Shown here in pieces: positions 31,778-42,357 of a stretch of DNA of 64,000 bases. Source of the DNA: an uncultured delta proteobacterium (GTDB taxonomy: Bacteria; Desulfobacterota; Desulfobacteria; Desulfobacterales; Desulfosalsimonadaceae). Each line of letters begins with the position of its first letter. The first letter of the stretch is position 1. The position numbers were made by a program, and so were the translations under genes. The stretch spans positions 320,001-384,000 of the forward strand of contig CAWGYD010000006.1 in the NCBI GenBank assembly GCA_963826785.1. The letters are read 5' to 3'. Below the pieces are notes generated by a model, which saw only the letters and a list, made by a program, of their open reading frames with translations, made no database searches and had not been told where the DNA came from.

Positions 31778-32102
31778 ACAATCGCGTCAGCGAGGCGAAT
31801 ATCTGTGCAGTGGATAGATTCGCGGCCGCCTGCCTCGCAATGACATTCATGTCCCATGAGCCGTTCAAAAGGTTCCGGTTCACCCGAAAATGTTCCCGCA
31901 CCAGCCGCTTGATCCGGTTGCGGGTCACGGCATTTCCGACCCGCTTGGAAACGGTCAGGCCGATTCGGCTGGAACCCGCAGGATTGCAAATGAGTATCAG
32001 GACAAAGTAACGATCGGCGATTTTCTTTCCATTTGCCGATAAACGCAGGAATTCGGAACGCTTGCGCAGCTTGTCGTTTTTCTGAAGCCCGTACTTTGTC
32101 AC
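31749..32102 (-). CDS. rnpA: Ribonuclease P protein component
   Basis: [25 protein letters not shown] (RNR motif). Confidence 0.96.
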   Translation of the reverse strand: MTKYGLQKNDKLRKRSEFLRLSANGKKIADRYFVLILICNPAGSSRIGLTVSKRVGNAVTRNRIKRLVREHFRVNRNLLNGSWDMNVIARQAAANLSTAQIFASLTRLFEKTREIAH

Positions 32103-32272
32103 TGGTCTTCGGTTTCATCGGCGGGATTGAAACATTATAAATCCCTGCGGCCCACTGAGGTGGCATAAGCCGGATCGAGAAAATTCCATTTCACATTCAA
32201 GGGCGATCCTGTTTTCCCGGCGCCTTTGGTATCCGCTGGTGTGCAAAATGGAATTAACTGCATAACCCCCCT

Positions 32273-32407
32273 CTAAAGCGCCAGCCGCTTCCTTCCCTTT
32301 GCCCTGCGCCGATTGATCACCTGCCGGCCCTGCTTTGTAGACATCCGCCGTAAAAATCCATGCCGGCGGGCCCGTTTAATTCTGCTTGGCTGATATGTTC
32401 TTTTCAT
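32273..32407 (-). CDS. rpmH: 50S ribosomal protein L34
   Basis: Manual translation [44 protein letters not shown] (44 aa). Confidence 0.98.
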   Translation of the reverse strand: MKRTYQPSRIKRARRHGFLRRMSTKQGRQVINRRRAKGRKRLAL

Positions 32408-32580
32408 TATGTCCTGCTTTCTATTCAGCACCCCGTTTTATACAGGGCTTGTGTTGATCTTTGAAATTAGAAATTAATCATAAAAGATAATATATTATAA
32501 ATCATATTGTCAATATTTATGTTGCATGGGGTTTCCCTCGTTCCGCGGCTTCCAAAAATGGAAATTCGTTTGAATGGAAA

Positions 32581-34137
32581 CTAATGAAGAATTTCAACAA
32601 TATCAAATTCCTCGAGGTGAAATTCCACGGCCGGATAAATGACCACCTGACGCTGAAGCTGTTTTTCCAGCAGGATGATGATCTCCTTGGCCTCCCCGAG
32701 CAGGAGGTCTGCGATTTTGGCATTGACCCGGACACTGATCCGCTCACCCTTGACGTCCTGGGACAACCGGAGCACTTCCCGGTAAATATTGTTGCAGATG
32801 GTCTGCTTGGAAAGCAGAACCCCTTCTCCGTCGCAGTAAAAGCATGGTTCGCAGAGCATCCGGGTGAGGGATCTGACCACCCGCTTGCGGGTCATCTGGA
32901 TCAGCCCCATGTCCGACATGGGCAGCACATTGGTCTTGGCCTTGTCTTTCTTCAATGCATCGATCAACGCATTATAGACCTTCTCCTGGTTGGATTTTCG
33001 TTCCATATCGATGAAATCGATGATGATGATCCCCCCCAGGTTGCGAAGCCGGATCTGATATGCGATTTCTTTGACTGCCTCCAGATTGGTCTTTAATATG
33101 GTTTCCTCAAAATTGTGCTTTCCCACATAGCGGCCGGTATTGACATCGATGGCCACCAGTGCCTCTGTGATTTCGATGATGATGTACCCCCCGCACTTGA
33201 GCCAGATCTTCTTTTTCAGAGCCCGACGGATATCGCCCTCGATGTTGTAGGCATCGAATATCGGCTCCGCCCCGGTATACAGCGATACGGATTCCGTCAG
33301 ACGGGGCATGAATTTCTCGATGAATGACAGCACGGATTTATATACCGCCTGTGAGTCGATGGTCACCTTGTCCGCATCATGGGCCAGCAGATCCCTCACG
33401 CTCCTCAAGGTGACGGTCAATTCCTCATGGATCAGGGTCGACGTCGGGGCTTCCTTGAACCGTATCTGGATATCCGCCCAGAGATTGGTCAGAAATTCCA
33501 TTTCCTTGAGCATCTTATCCTCACTCAGACCCTCTCCGGCCGTTCGGACGATGTATCCGAAATTCTGCACCCGCTGGGTTAGGACCAGATCTTTCAAGCG
33601 CTGCCGCTCGGCTTCATCCGTGATCCGACGGGAAATGCCGATGTGGTCCACCGTGGGCATCAGCACCAGAAACCGGCCGGGTATCGAGATATATGAAGTC
33701 AGCCGGGCCCCCTTGCTGCCGATGGGAGAGCGCGCCACCTGCACCAGGATATCCTGGCCATCCTTTAATAGCTCTTCAATGGGCGATTTGTTTTTGGACG
33801 GCGCCATGTCCTGATCGGCCACAGGATCTGCCACCCGGGTGATCAGATCATTTTCTTCCTCCACTGCGGCATTGGATAGAAAGATCCGGTCCGGATGCGC
33901 ACTGGCCCGTTCATCGATTACATCGTCCACATAAATGAAAGCGGCCTGGTTCAGGCCGATATCCACGAAAGCGGCCTGCATGCCCGGCAGCACCCGCTGG
34001 ACCCGCCCCTTGTAAATATTGCCGGCAATATTGGATTCATCACTGCGGTCCACATAAAGTTCGACAATGGTTTGATCTTCCATGAGGGCCACCCGGATTT
34101 CCGGTCCGATGGCATTGATCACCAGTTCCTTGTACAT
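32581..34137 (-). CDS. rng: Rne/Rng family ribonuclease (RNase G size)
   Basis: GNIYKGRV..VLPGMQAAFVDIG S1 domain, IDVNTG and GGIIIIDFIDM; no long C-terminal scaffold. Confidence 0.93.
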   Translation of the reverse strand: MYKELVINAIGPEIRVALMEDQTIVELYVDRSDESNIAGNIYKGRVQRVLPGMQAAFVDIGLNQAAFIYVDDVIDERASAHPDRIFLSNAAVEEENDLITRVADPVADQDMAPSKNKSPIEELLKDGQDILVQVARSPIGSKGARLTSYISIPGRFLVLMPTVDHIGISRRITDEAERQRLKDLVLTQRVQNFGYIVRTAGEGLSEDKMLKEMEFLTNLWADIQIRFKEAPTSTLIHEELTVTLRSVRDLLAHDADKVTIDSQAVYKSVLSFIEKFMPRLTESVSLYTGAEPIFDAYNIEGDIRRALKKKIWLKCGGYIIIEITEALVAIDVNTGRYVGKHNFEETILKTNLEAVKEIAYQIRLRNLGGIIIIDFIDMERKSNQEKVYNALIDALKKDKAKTNVLPMSDMGLIQMTRKRVVRSLTRMLCEPCFYCDGEGVLLSKQTICNNIYREVLRLSQDVKGERISVRVNAKIADLLLGEAKEIIILLEKQLQRQVVIYPAVEFHLEEFDIVEILH

Positions 34138-34242
34138 ATGGGTTATTCCTTAGCTTTAGATTCTTTAATTTGACGGTTTCGTAAACAGTCGTCCGCGGTT
34201 TGACGGACGACTGCTTGCGGGACCCCCAGATTGGACGGGACT

Positions 34243-36738
34243 TCATTTATCCACCTCGAGTTTTATGATCCGGGCCCGCCGGAGCGTCTCATCCGACAGA
34301 TGGAAGATCGCACCGATGGTTTCAGCGGGACGGACGGTAATCCCGGGCTGATGTCGAATCATCAGCTTCAGGCGGTTGGCCGCCACCTGTTCGATGGAGG
34401 CGACCGCCGGCTTTAAATCGATGAGGCGTCGGCCCCGCTTCGATTTCTTTTCGATCATCATCTCCGGGGCCGCCGCAAAGGCCGCAAGCAAAGCCGGATC
34501 AAATACCCCGTCGGAAAGTTCAACGCGGTAAACCACCGAATCGGGCGGCATCAGATCTCCTTCCTTATCTGCTTCCCGGCAGGCAAGGATTTCAAGGCCA
34601 TCCGGCAGCTGGGAATTGACCCGGTCGGCAAACCGCTCAAGGTCTGCCCGGTTCTTCAACGTCAGAAAAAAGATCTCCTTTTCACTTTGCATCCCCACCG
34701 GCAGCGGGTCGTGAAACGAAAATTTGGGTTTGGGATGAAATCCGCCGGTAAATTCCACCTCGATTCCCGACCGCCGGACGGCCCGCTCAAAGATCCTGAC
34801 CAGTTCCAGATGTCCGAAATAATGTGCCGGGTCCCGTTTTGAATAATGAACAGCCGCCCGAACCGGTGCGGATACGCTTTCAACCGACGGAGCCCGGGGA
34901 GTCGGCGGGACCTGCCCGGGGGCATGGATCTTGGGCATCAGCTGCTCAAAATCGCACACGCCGCAGTCCTGGCAAGCCTCAAAACGGCAGTCCGGGGTGG
35001 ACTGACCGGAGACGGCTTTTTCATATTCACACACCAGAAATTGCTTGGAGACCCGCACATCGATATGCGCCCAGGGAAGATCATGGGCCCGGTCTCGCTT
35101 TTCCGTATAGTGGTTTACATCGATGCCGGTATCCGCCAGGGCGGCTTGCCAGGCCGGAAAATCAAAAGAATCGGTCCACCCGTCAAACCGGCATCCCTTT
35201 TCAAAGGCGTTTATCAAAAGCCTGGACAGCTTCCGGTCCCCCCGGGCAAACAGGCCCTCCAGCAGGCTCACTTCGGGTTTCTGCCATTTGAATTCCACTC
35301 CGGGGCGGTTGAGCTGCTTTTTCAGATACTGGATCTTCTCAATGGATGCGGCCAGTGACAGCTGGGCCTCCCACTGGAACGGGACGTGCGGCTTGGGAAT
35401 GAAGGTGGCCACGCTCACATGGAGACTCCCCTTTTTACGGCCATGCCGGCCGTTTCTGCGGATCTTTTCCACCAGATCCACGATGGCATCGATATCTTCA
35501 TCGGTTTCGGTGGGCAGCCCGATCATGAAATAGAGCTTGACCGTGCGCCATCCCAGATCAAAGGCCTGTGCAACGGTGGAAAGAATTTCCTGTTCGGTGA
35601 TGTTCTTGTTGATGACCTGCCGGAGCCGCTCGCTTCCCGCTTCCGGGGCGATGGTAAAGCCGGTCTTTCGCACCCGGCGGATCAGGTCCATCAGGTCGGC
35701 TGACAGGCTCCCCGCCCTGAAGGACGGCAGCGACAGGGCCACATGATCGGCGGCATAACGATCAAACAGCGTATTCATCAGGGGCGCGAGACACCCGTAG
35801 TCCCCTGTGCTCAGAGAGAGCAGCGAAATTTCATCCATGCCGGTGGCGTTTATCGATTTTTCTGCAAGGTCCAGCAGGTTTTGAACACAACGCTCCCGAA
35901 CCGGCCGGTAGATCATCCCGGCCTGGCAGAAGCGGCAGCCCCGGGTGCATCCACGGGCCACTTCCAGGCGCAGCCGGTCGTGAACCGGCCTGCCATAGGG
36001 AACCACCGGGGAAACCGGAAAGGGGGCGCAATCCAGATCGGCGACCACGGCCCGGGTCACCCGCGGGTATTCAGGAAGGGTCGGCAGCGCCCGGGTAAAC
36101 CCTTCCGGTGTGTCGCTGATTTTAAACAAAGAAGGGACATATATCCCTTCAATTTTCGACCAGGCGGACAGCAGCGCCTGTTTGTTCCGGCCGGGATCTG
36201 AATTCCATTCCCGCCATGCTCGGGCCATCTCCAGCACCACGGCCTCGCCGTCTCCGACCACCATGGCATCGAAAAAATCGGCCACCGGTTCAGGATTGAC
36301 CGTGCAGGGACCGCCGGCAATGATCAGCGGTTCTGCTTCATCCCGGTCTGCAGCCAGAAAAGGAATGCCGGCAAGATCGAGCATCATCAACACATTGGTG
36401 TAATTGAGCTCATAGAGGAGGCTGAATCCGATGATATCAAAACGGCTCAACGGCGTGCCGGTCTCCAGGGATGCCAGCGGCAGGCCCTCCTGCTTCATTT
36501 TGGCCGCCATATCCGTTCCCGGGGCATACACGCGCTCTGCGGCCATGCCGGGTTGGCAATTAATGATATGATACAGGATCTGCAGTCCGAAATGGGACAT
36601 GCCGATCTCATAGAGGTCGGGAAATGCCAGGGCGAATCGAGGCGCCGCGTCCTTTTGGCATTTTACCGCGTTGATTTCATTGCCCAGGTAACGGCTCGGC
36701 TTCTCAACCAGAGGGAGCAGATGTGAAAATGGTTTCAA
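34243..36738 (-). CDS. B12-binding radical SAM protein (TIGR03960-like) with C-terminal TIGR03936-like domain
   Basis: KPSRYLGNE, FPDLYEIGMSH, GCTRGCRFC; C-terminal GHLEL...GGFHPKPKFSF. Confidence 0.88.
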   Translation of the reverse strand: MKPFSHLLPLVEKPSRYLGNEINAVKCQKDAAPRFALAFPDLYEIGMSHFGLQILYHIINCQPGMAAERVYAPGTDMAAKMKQEGLPLASLETGTPLSRFDIIGFSLLYELNYTNVLMMLDLAGIPFLAADRDEAEPLIIAGGPCTVNPEPVADFFDAMVVGDGEAVVLEMARAWREWNSDPGRNKQALLSAWSKIEGIYVPSLFKISDTPEGFTRALPTLPEYPRVTRAVVADLDCAPFPVSPVVPYGRPVHDRLRLEVARGCTRGCRFCQAGMIYRPVRERCVQNLLDLAEKSINATGMDEISLLSLSTGDYGCLAPLMNTLFDRYAADHVALSLPSFRAGSLSADLMDLIRRVRKTGFTIAPEAGSERLRQVINKNITEQEILSTVAQAFDLGWRTVKLYFMIGLPTETDEDIDAIVDLVEKIRRNGRHGRKKGSLHVSVATFIPKPHVPFQWEAQLSLAASIEKIQYLKKQLNRPGVEFKWQKPEVSLLEGLFARGDRKLSRLLINAFEKGCRFDGWTDSFDFPAWQAALADTGIDVNHYTEKRDRAHDLPWAHIDVRVSKQFLVCEYEKAVSGQSTPDCRFEACQDCGVCDFEQLMPKIHAPGQVPPTPRAPSVESVSAPVRAAVHYSKRDPAHYFGHLELVRIFERAVRRSGIEVEFTGGFHPKPKFSFHDPLPVGMQSEKEIFFLTLKNRADLERFADRVNSQLPDGLEILACREADKEGDLMPPDSVVYRVELSDGVFDPALLAAFAAAPEMMIEKKSKRGRRLIDLKPAVASIEQVAANRLKLMIRHQPGITVRPAETIGAIFHLSDETLRRARIIKLEVDK

Positions 36739-36797
36739 AAATGGTCCTAAACTTCAAAAAAGATGAATGCGCATCAAAAAAAATAGGAATACAAAAA

Positions 36798-37559
36798 TTA
36801 CTGCATGCTGGCCTGCACGAACTCAAGGGTCTGGCGGACGCTGCTGTCGAAGAAACAGCTCATTCCTTCCTGCCAGTTTTCCTCGGCCAGTTTTTTCCGG
36901 ATCCGCCGGGCCGTGTCCATCCGGAGCAGCTGCTTCATCCGGATAAACGGCCGGTTGGGGGTGTCGATCCATTGGGCCACCACCTGCTTGGCCCGGCCGA
37001 GCAGATCTTCTTCGGCCACCACTTCGTCGATCAGCCGCCTTTCTTTTGCAGTGCGGACATCCACCATATCGCCGAAGAACATCACATCCCTGAATGTGTG
37101 GTTGCTGTCGAACCCGAAGCGCATGACTTCGTGCTGGGCAAGGGTCAGGGGGAGTCCAATTTTGATTTCACTCATACCGATCTTGATTTTGGGGTGATCC
37201 TTGGCGATGCGGTAGTCTGCGGCCATGGAATAGATCAGGCCGGCCGCCGCCGCATGTCCGTTGATGGCCGAAACCACCGGTTTGCTGCAGGTAAACAGAG
37301 ACAGGAGCACTTCTTCCTCAAAGTTGAAAAATTCCACGGCCTCCTCAACATTCTTGAAACCCAGGAAAATGGGAAGATCAAATCCGCTGGAAAAAAACCG
37401 TCCCGACCCGGTCAGAATGATTCCCTTGGGCGTCGCATTCCGGTTGACCTCATCTACGATCTCCTTTATCCGGAGCAGAATTTCCCGGTTGATGGGGTTG
37501 GTCTTCCCGTTTTTAAAGGTCAGAATCTTGATATCCTCTTCGAGGGTTTCTTCAAACAT
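36798..37559 (-). CDS. Enoyl-CoA hydratase/isomerase family protein
   Basis: FFSSGFDL, KPVVSAINGHAAAAG and GMSEIKIGL motifs. Confidence 0.9.
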   Translation of the reverse strand: MFEETLEEDIKILTFKNGKTNPINREILLRIKEIVDEVNRNATPKGIILTGSGRFFSSGFDLPIFLGFKNVEEAVEFFNFEEEVLLSLFTCSKPVVSAINGHAAAAGLIYSMAADYRIAKDHPKIKIGMSEIKIGLPLTLAQHEVMRFGFDSNHTFRDVMFFGDMVDVRTAKERRLIDEVVAEEDLLGRAKQVVAQWIDTPNRPFIRMKQLLRMDTARRIRKKLAEENWQEGMSCFFDSSVRQTLEFVQASMQ

Positions 37560-37958
37560 TGAATCTCTCCTGCCTTTTTTGAATTTGTTAATCTTGATGA
37601 AAAATATCCGGGCGTGCCGTTTTTTCGATTTAACCGAGCGTGTCTACCCTTATGCGAAAGGGAGCCGTTCTGTCAAGGAGAAGCCCATATTCCTCCTGAT
37701 GACGATCGGTTACATTCCATGGGCATTGACAGCGGCGCCTGAGTTTATTATAACGGGCTTTCGCGAATCCCTGATTTCAAAAAGTGCATAATTTCTAATA
37801 TATACGGATTAATATCCATCCGTCAACCGGATAGAGGAAAGATTTCACGTATCCACATTCGATTTAAAAGACTGAAAGGCCGCCGTAATTTACGATGGCA
37901 GGACTTGCCGACGGCCGCCTTTTATACGAAATCGCATTAAGAATAAGGAAAGGCCCCC

Positions 37959-39182
37959 ATGATCAAAATCAACGAACATTACCTCAAACTCGAAGCCTCA
38001 TATCTCTTCTCCACGGTCGCAAAGAAGATCGACAGCTATCAAAAGGCGCATCCGGAAGCCGACATCATCCGCCTGGGCATCGGAGATGCCACCCAGGCCC
38101 TGCCCCAGGCCTGTATCGCCGCCTTCCACCGGGCCGTCGATGAGATGGCTGATGACGCCACCTTCCGGGGTTATGGACCGGAGCAGGGGTACCCGTTTCT
38201 GCGGGAAAAAATCGCCCGGCACGACTTTCAGGCGCGGGGGGCGGATGTTTCGGCTGACGAGATCTTCATTTCCGACGGGGCCAAGTGCGATACCGGCAAT
38301 TTTCAGGAAATCCTTTCCGCCGACATCTTGGTGGCCCTTCCGGACCCGGTATATCCCGTGTATGTGGACACCAATGTCATGGCCGGCCGGACCGGCAACA
38401 ATATCGACGGCCAGTACCAGAATCTGGTTTACCTGAAATGCACGAAAGAAAACGGTTATCTTCCCGGTCTTCCCGAAAAGCCGGTGGACCTGATCTACCT
38501 GTGCTTTCCCAACAATCCCACCGGCGCCACCATCACCCGGGAAGCCCTGTCCGAATGGGTGGCCTACGCCCGGGAGCACAAGGCGCTGATCCTCTTTGAC
38601 GCCGCCTATGAAGCCTTCATCCGGGATGATTCCATTCCCCATTCCATCTATGAAATAGATGGCGCCCGGGAAGTGGCCGTGGAGTTTCGCAGCTTTTCCA
38701 AAACCGCCGGATTCACCGGCACCCGGTGCGCCTATACCGTTGTTCCCAAAGACTGCTGCGCCTATGATGCCGCGGGAAAACCGCATTTCCTGCACGCCCT
38801 GTGGAACCGCCGGCACTCCACCAAATTCAACGGGGTCTCCTACCCGGTGCAGCGGGCCGCTGAAGCTGTATACAGTGAAGAAGGAAAACGCCAGATCAGG
38901 CAGATCATCGATGTCTACATGGCCAATGCCGACCGGATCGTCAGGGAGGTTAAGGCTCTGGGGTATGGGTATGCAGGGGGGGCAAATTCGCCATACATCT
39001 GGGTGGAATCGCAAACAGAGTCCTGGTCGTTTTTTGACATGCTGCTCGAAAAGGCCGGCGTGGTCTGCACGCCGGGGGCCGGGTTCGGATCCTGCGGCAA
39101 AAATCACATCCGGCTGAGCGCCTTCAACAGCCCCGACCGGGTGGAACAGGCCATGCAGCGCATTAAAAAGGCATTGAAATAA
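37959..39182 (+). CDS. dapL: LL-diaminopimelate aminotransferase
   Basis: SYLF, LGIGD, GYGPEQG, DGAKCD, CFPNNPTG and SFSKTAGFTGTR motifs. Confidence 0.97.
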   Translation: MIKINEHYLKLEASYLFSTVAKKIDSYQKAHPEADIIRLGIGDATQALPQACIAAFHRAVDEMADDATFRGYGPEQGYPFLREKIARHDFQARGADVSADEIFISDGAKCDTGNFQEILSADILVALPDPVYPVYVDTNVMAGRTGNNIDGQYQNLVYLKCTKENGYLPGLPEKPVDLIYLCFPNNPTGATITREALSEWVAYAREHKALILFDAAYEAFIRDDSIPHSIYEIDGAREVAVEFRSFSKTAGFTGTRCAYTVVPKDCCAYDAAGKPHFLHALWNRRHSTKFNGVSYPVQRAAEAVYSEEGKRQIRQIIDVYMANADRIVREVKALGYGYAGGANSPYIWVESQTESWSFFDMLLEKAGVVCTPGAGFGSCGKNHIRLSAFNSPDRVEQAMQRIKKALK

Positions 39183-39194
39183 ACGCTTTTTGAT

Positions 39195-41450
39195 TCAATC
39201 CCCCGAGGCATTGAATTCCGACAGCAGCGACTGGAGCCCAAAAGAGCGCCCCGGGAGTAAATTTCCATCAATGCCCAAAACCAGAACGGCCCCCATCAGT
39301 GAGTTGGTGGCCAGCACCGCATCGGCGGCATACAGATCCTCGACCTTGACGGGATGGCAGCATTCGCTAAACCCCTTGCCGATCAGAAATGAAACGGCCT
39401 GCTCCTGCATTATACCCGGCAGGACGTGGGAGGATGAGGGCCGGATCACACGTTTATCCTTTATCAGCAGGAGGCTGGCCGTATGGGTCTCCGAAACGCT
39501 GCCGTCCGGGTTTAAGATCAGGGCCTCATCCGCCCCTTGGGCCGCCGCCCATTTGCCGGCCAGATAATAATAAAGATAATTCAATGACTTGTAGTCAGCC
39601 AGCGGCGTCTGGCGGGGGTGGGGGTAAACGGCCAGGTGAAGCCCGCCTTTGTTCATGAGCTGCGGCCGGGGGCGGTAAATCCGGGCCGACACCAGTATCT
39701 CCGGATGGCGCCGGTCTCCGGGCGGACCATAGGTGGCCAGGATCTTTACGGCGGCCGTGTCGTTTTTGAGGCCGTTTTTGCAAATCACCATGCCGATAAT
39801 CTCGCGCCAGCTCAGGTCGGGCACCGTCAGATCCATCATTGCCGCCCAGGCGATGTTGAACCGGCGCATGTGAGCCTCCAGGAATTCCGGTTTGCCATTG
39901 TTTACCCTCAGGGTTTCGAAAATCCCGAACCCGTACTGCAGCCCCAGATCGTCATAGCAGACCGCCGCCTGCCCTTCGGGGATCAAAAACCCGTTTTTCC
40001 ACACATGGGCGGCCGGCTCGGGTGTTATCGCCTCTTCCTGAAGCACGCCCGCCAGGGAGCGGCCCTTGTGCAGGGTTTCTTCAAATTCGTCCCCGGGGTC
40101 TGAATCATAGACGATGCCGCCGCCAACGGAAAAGAAAACCCGGTCCTTGAATATCGTGGCCGTGCGGATGGCGATGGAGAGATCCAGGGTATCATGAAAT
40201 CCGATATAGCCGATGGATCCGGTGTAAACATGGCGCCGGCAGGGCTCCAGCTCATCGATGATTTCCATGGCCCGGATGCGGGGGCACCCGGTGATCGATC
40301 CGCCGGGAAAGGTGGCCCTGAGCAGGTCCACCACATCCCTGTCCGGCTGCAGCCGGCCGGTGACCACCGATACCAGGTGGTAGACGTTGCTGTAGGCTTC
40401 CAGACGCTTGTGCTGCGCCACGCAAACGCTGCCGCCGCGGCAGACCCGGCCCAGATCGTTTCGCATGAGATCGACGATCATGGACAGTTCGGCCTCATCC
40501 TTGCGGCTCTCTAACAGTGCCGCGGCGTGCGCCCGGTCTTCTTCTTCGCTTTTTCCCCGGGGGCGGGTTCCCTTGATGGGCCGGGTCTCCACCAACTCTT
40601 TCTGCCGCCGCAGAAAGCGTTCGGGCGAGGTGGAGACGATCCAGTGGTCCCCTGCATGGACATACGCGTAAAACGGCGCGGGCGCAGACCGGTACAGGGA
40701 CCGGAACATGGCATAGGGATCTCCTTCAAAACCGGCGGTAAACCGCTGGGACAGGTTCACCTGGTAGATATCGCCGGCGGTGATGTAGTTTTTTGCGGCA
40801 TTTACCGCTTTTAGGTACTGATCTTTTGAAAATGACGAAAAGAGCGCGGGCGCATTTCCTTTGAATACCCCGGCCGGAGGCGCTTTCCCCGACAGGATAT
40901 TTTCAAACCGGGAAAACGCCTCCTGCGCATCGGCGGTTTTCGGCAGGGTCCGCCGGATGGCGCATATATGCCCTTTTCCGGCCTGCTTGTCATAGACGAG
41001 GATCACCGATGGCGCATACAGGCACATCTGGGGCAAATGGTGGTCATCGACCGTGGTGCGGGGAAGGGTTTCGATATGATCCTTTAAATCGTAGGCGAAA
41101 TATCCGAACAGGCCGGCTCCCACCGGAATGGACGGATGTTCGAAGGTCTGCGCATACAGACGCGTCAGCTGCCGTACCAGTTCAAAGGGGTCGCCTTCGT
41201 ATGAAATGGCGTCTTCTCCGGCCGTAATGACATATCGATTGCCATATCCCTTCACGGACAGCCAGGGCAGGGCCGCCAGGATATGAAACCGGGCGCAGTC
41301 CAGATCGCCTCCGCTCAGCAGCACGACGCTCCCTTCCATATGCGAAAATCGCGCGGCCACCTCTTCAAACGGCGCATCCGGGCAATACGATTTGACCTCG
41401 ATGGCCGAGATCCGACCGGTCAGGCGGGCAAGCGCTGCGGTAATGTCCAT
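39195..41450 (-). CDS. pabB: Fused aminodeoxychorismate synthase component I / class IV PLP ADC-lyase-like domain
   Basis: GDIYQVNLSQ, SPERFL, TRPIKGT, MIVDLMRNDLG and FPGGSITG, followed by GFGIFETLR, YKSLNY, DEAL and VLPGI. Confidence 0.9.
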   Translation of the reverse strand: MDITAALARLTGRISAIEVKSYCPDAPFEEVAARFSHMEGSVVLLSGGDLDCARFHILAALPWLSVKGYGNRYVITAGEDAISYEGDPFELVRQLTRLYAQTFEHPSIPVGAGLFGYFAYDLKDHIETLPRTTVDDHHLPQMCLYAPSVILVYDKQAGKGHICAIRRTLPKTADAQEAFSRFENILSGKAPPAGVFKGNAPALFSSFSKDQYLKAVNAAKNYITAGDIYQVNLSQRFTAGFEGDPYAMFRSLYRSAPAPFYAYVHAGDHWIVSTSPERFLRRQKELVETRPIKGTRPRGKSEEEDRAHAAALLESRKDEAELSMIVDLMRNDLGRVCRGGSVCVAQHKRLEAYSNVYHLVSVVTGRLQPDRDVVDLLRATFPGGSITGCPRIRAMEIIDELEPCRRHVYTGSIGYIGFHDTLDLSIAIRTATIFKDRVFFSVGGGIVYDSDPGDEFEETLHKGRSLAGVLQEEAITPEPAAHVWKNGFLIPEGQAAVCYDDLGLQYGFGIFETLRVNNGKPEFLEAHMRRFNIAWAAMMDLTVPDLSWREIIGMVICKNGLKNDTAAVKILATYGPPGDRRHPEILVSARIYRPRPQLMNKGGLHLAVYPHPRQTPLADYKSLNYLYYYLAGKWAAAQGADEALILNPDGSVSETHTASLLLIKDKRVIRPSSSHVLPGIMQEQAVSFLIGKGFSECCHPVKVEDLYAADAVLATNSLMGAVLVLGIDGNLLPGRSFGLQSLLSEFNASGD

Positions 41451-42052
41451 GTGGTATTTTCCTCCCTCTGCCGTGTCAGGGCAAACGGCCCTTTGCGCAA
41501 AAAATTTTCGATCAGCACAAAACCGCATTCGGTCATGAAACTTTCCGGATGAAACTGGACGCCATAGAGGAGACGCTCGGGATGTTCAAACCCCATCACC
41601 ACCCCGTCTTCGCTTCTTGCGGATATGACCAGACCGGGATAATCGACGTTGACCATCAGGGAATGATAGCGTGCCGCCGTAAACGGGGACGGGATCTTTT
41701 CAAAAAGCCCCTTGCCGTCGTGATACACCCGGTCGGTTTTGCCGTGCACCGGAACGGGGGCTGCAACCGTCTTTCCCCCCAGGGCTTCGCCGATGCACTG
41801 CATGCCGAGGCAGACGCCCAGAATGGGCAGGGTGCCGGCCATGGTGTTTATCAAAGCGATGGAAATGCCGGCGCTTGCCGGATCTTTGGGTCCGGGGCTG
41901 ATCAGCAGGTAGTCCGGACAAAAAGCGCGCACCTGACCGATATCGGTCTTGTCGCTCCGGGCCACGATGATGTCCAGGTCATAGCACATGAACATCTGCA
42001 CCAGGTTGTGGGTGAAGGAATCATAATTGTCGATGACGAAAAGTTTTGCCAT
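41420..42052 (-). CDS. pabA: Aminodeoxychorismate/anthranilate synthase glutamine amidotransferase component II
   Basis: IDNYDSFT, ISPGP, GVCLGMQ, RYHSL and GVQFHPES motifs. Confidence 0.93.
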   Translation of the reverse strand: MAKLFVIDNYDSFTHNLVQMFMCYDLDIIVARSDKTDIGQVRAFCPDYLLISPGPKDPASAGISIALINTMAGTLPILGVCLGMQCIGEALGGKTVAAPVPVHGKTDRVYHDGKGLFEKIPSPFTAARYHSLMVNVDYPGLVISARSEDGVVMGFEHPERLLYGVQFHPESFMTECGFVLIENFLRKGPFALTRQREENTTWTLPQRLPA

Positions 42053-42069
42053 ATCAAGCCGCTCCAAAT

Positions 42070-42102
42070 AAAAAACGCCGCCCTTGAGTCTGGGTGGCGT
42101 TT
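42070..42102 (-). terminator. Terminator-like hairpin in the pabA leader (possible attenuator)
   Basis: Minus strand AAACGCCACCC-AGACTCAA-GGGCGGCGTTTTTT ends a few nt before the GGAG RBS of pabA. Confidence 0.6.
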
Positions 42103-42357
42103 GCCTGAGACATAACTCATCTGATTTTGAATGGTCTAATGTGCTGACGTTGTTTACGGTTTACATAACGGATCGGGGAAAAATTGCAAGTAAAATCACG
42201 GACTTGCTCCGGCAGCGAAAAAAAAGCAATAATCCCTGTATATTAAAAGGCTTTTCAGTCTTGACAAAACCATAGCCCCCCATTAAGATGAATTAGTTCT
42301 TTTATAAATGTGCTCCCGGGCACATCGTTCAAGGCGGTCCACCCCATAGGAATTACA

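Noticed and set aside
37800..37958. Lysine riboswitch or parS/DnaA-like site upstream of dapL
   Set aside because: Only AGAGG and a weak hairpin are present, without the L-box architecture; TTTCACGTATCCACA is only a partial match to either site.
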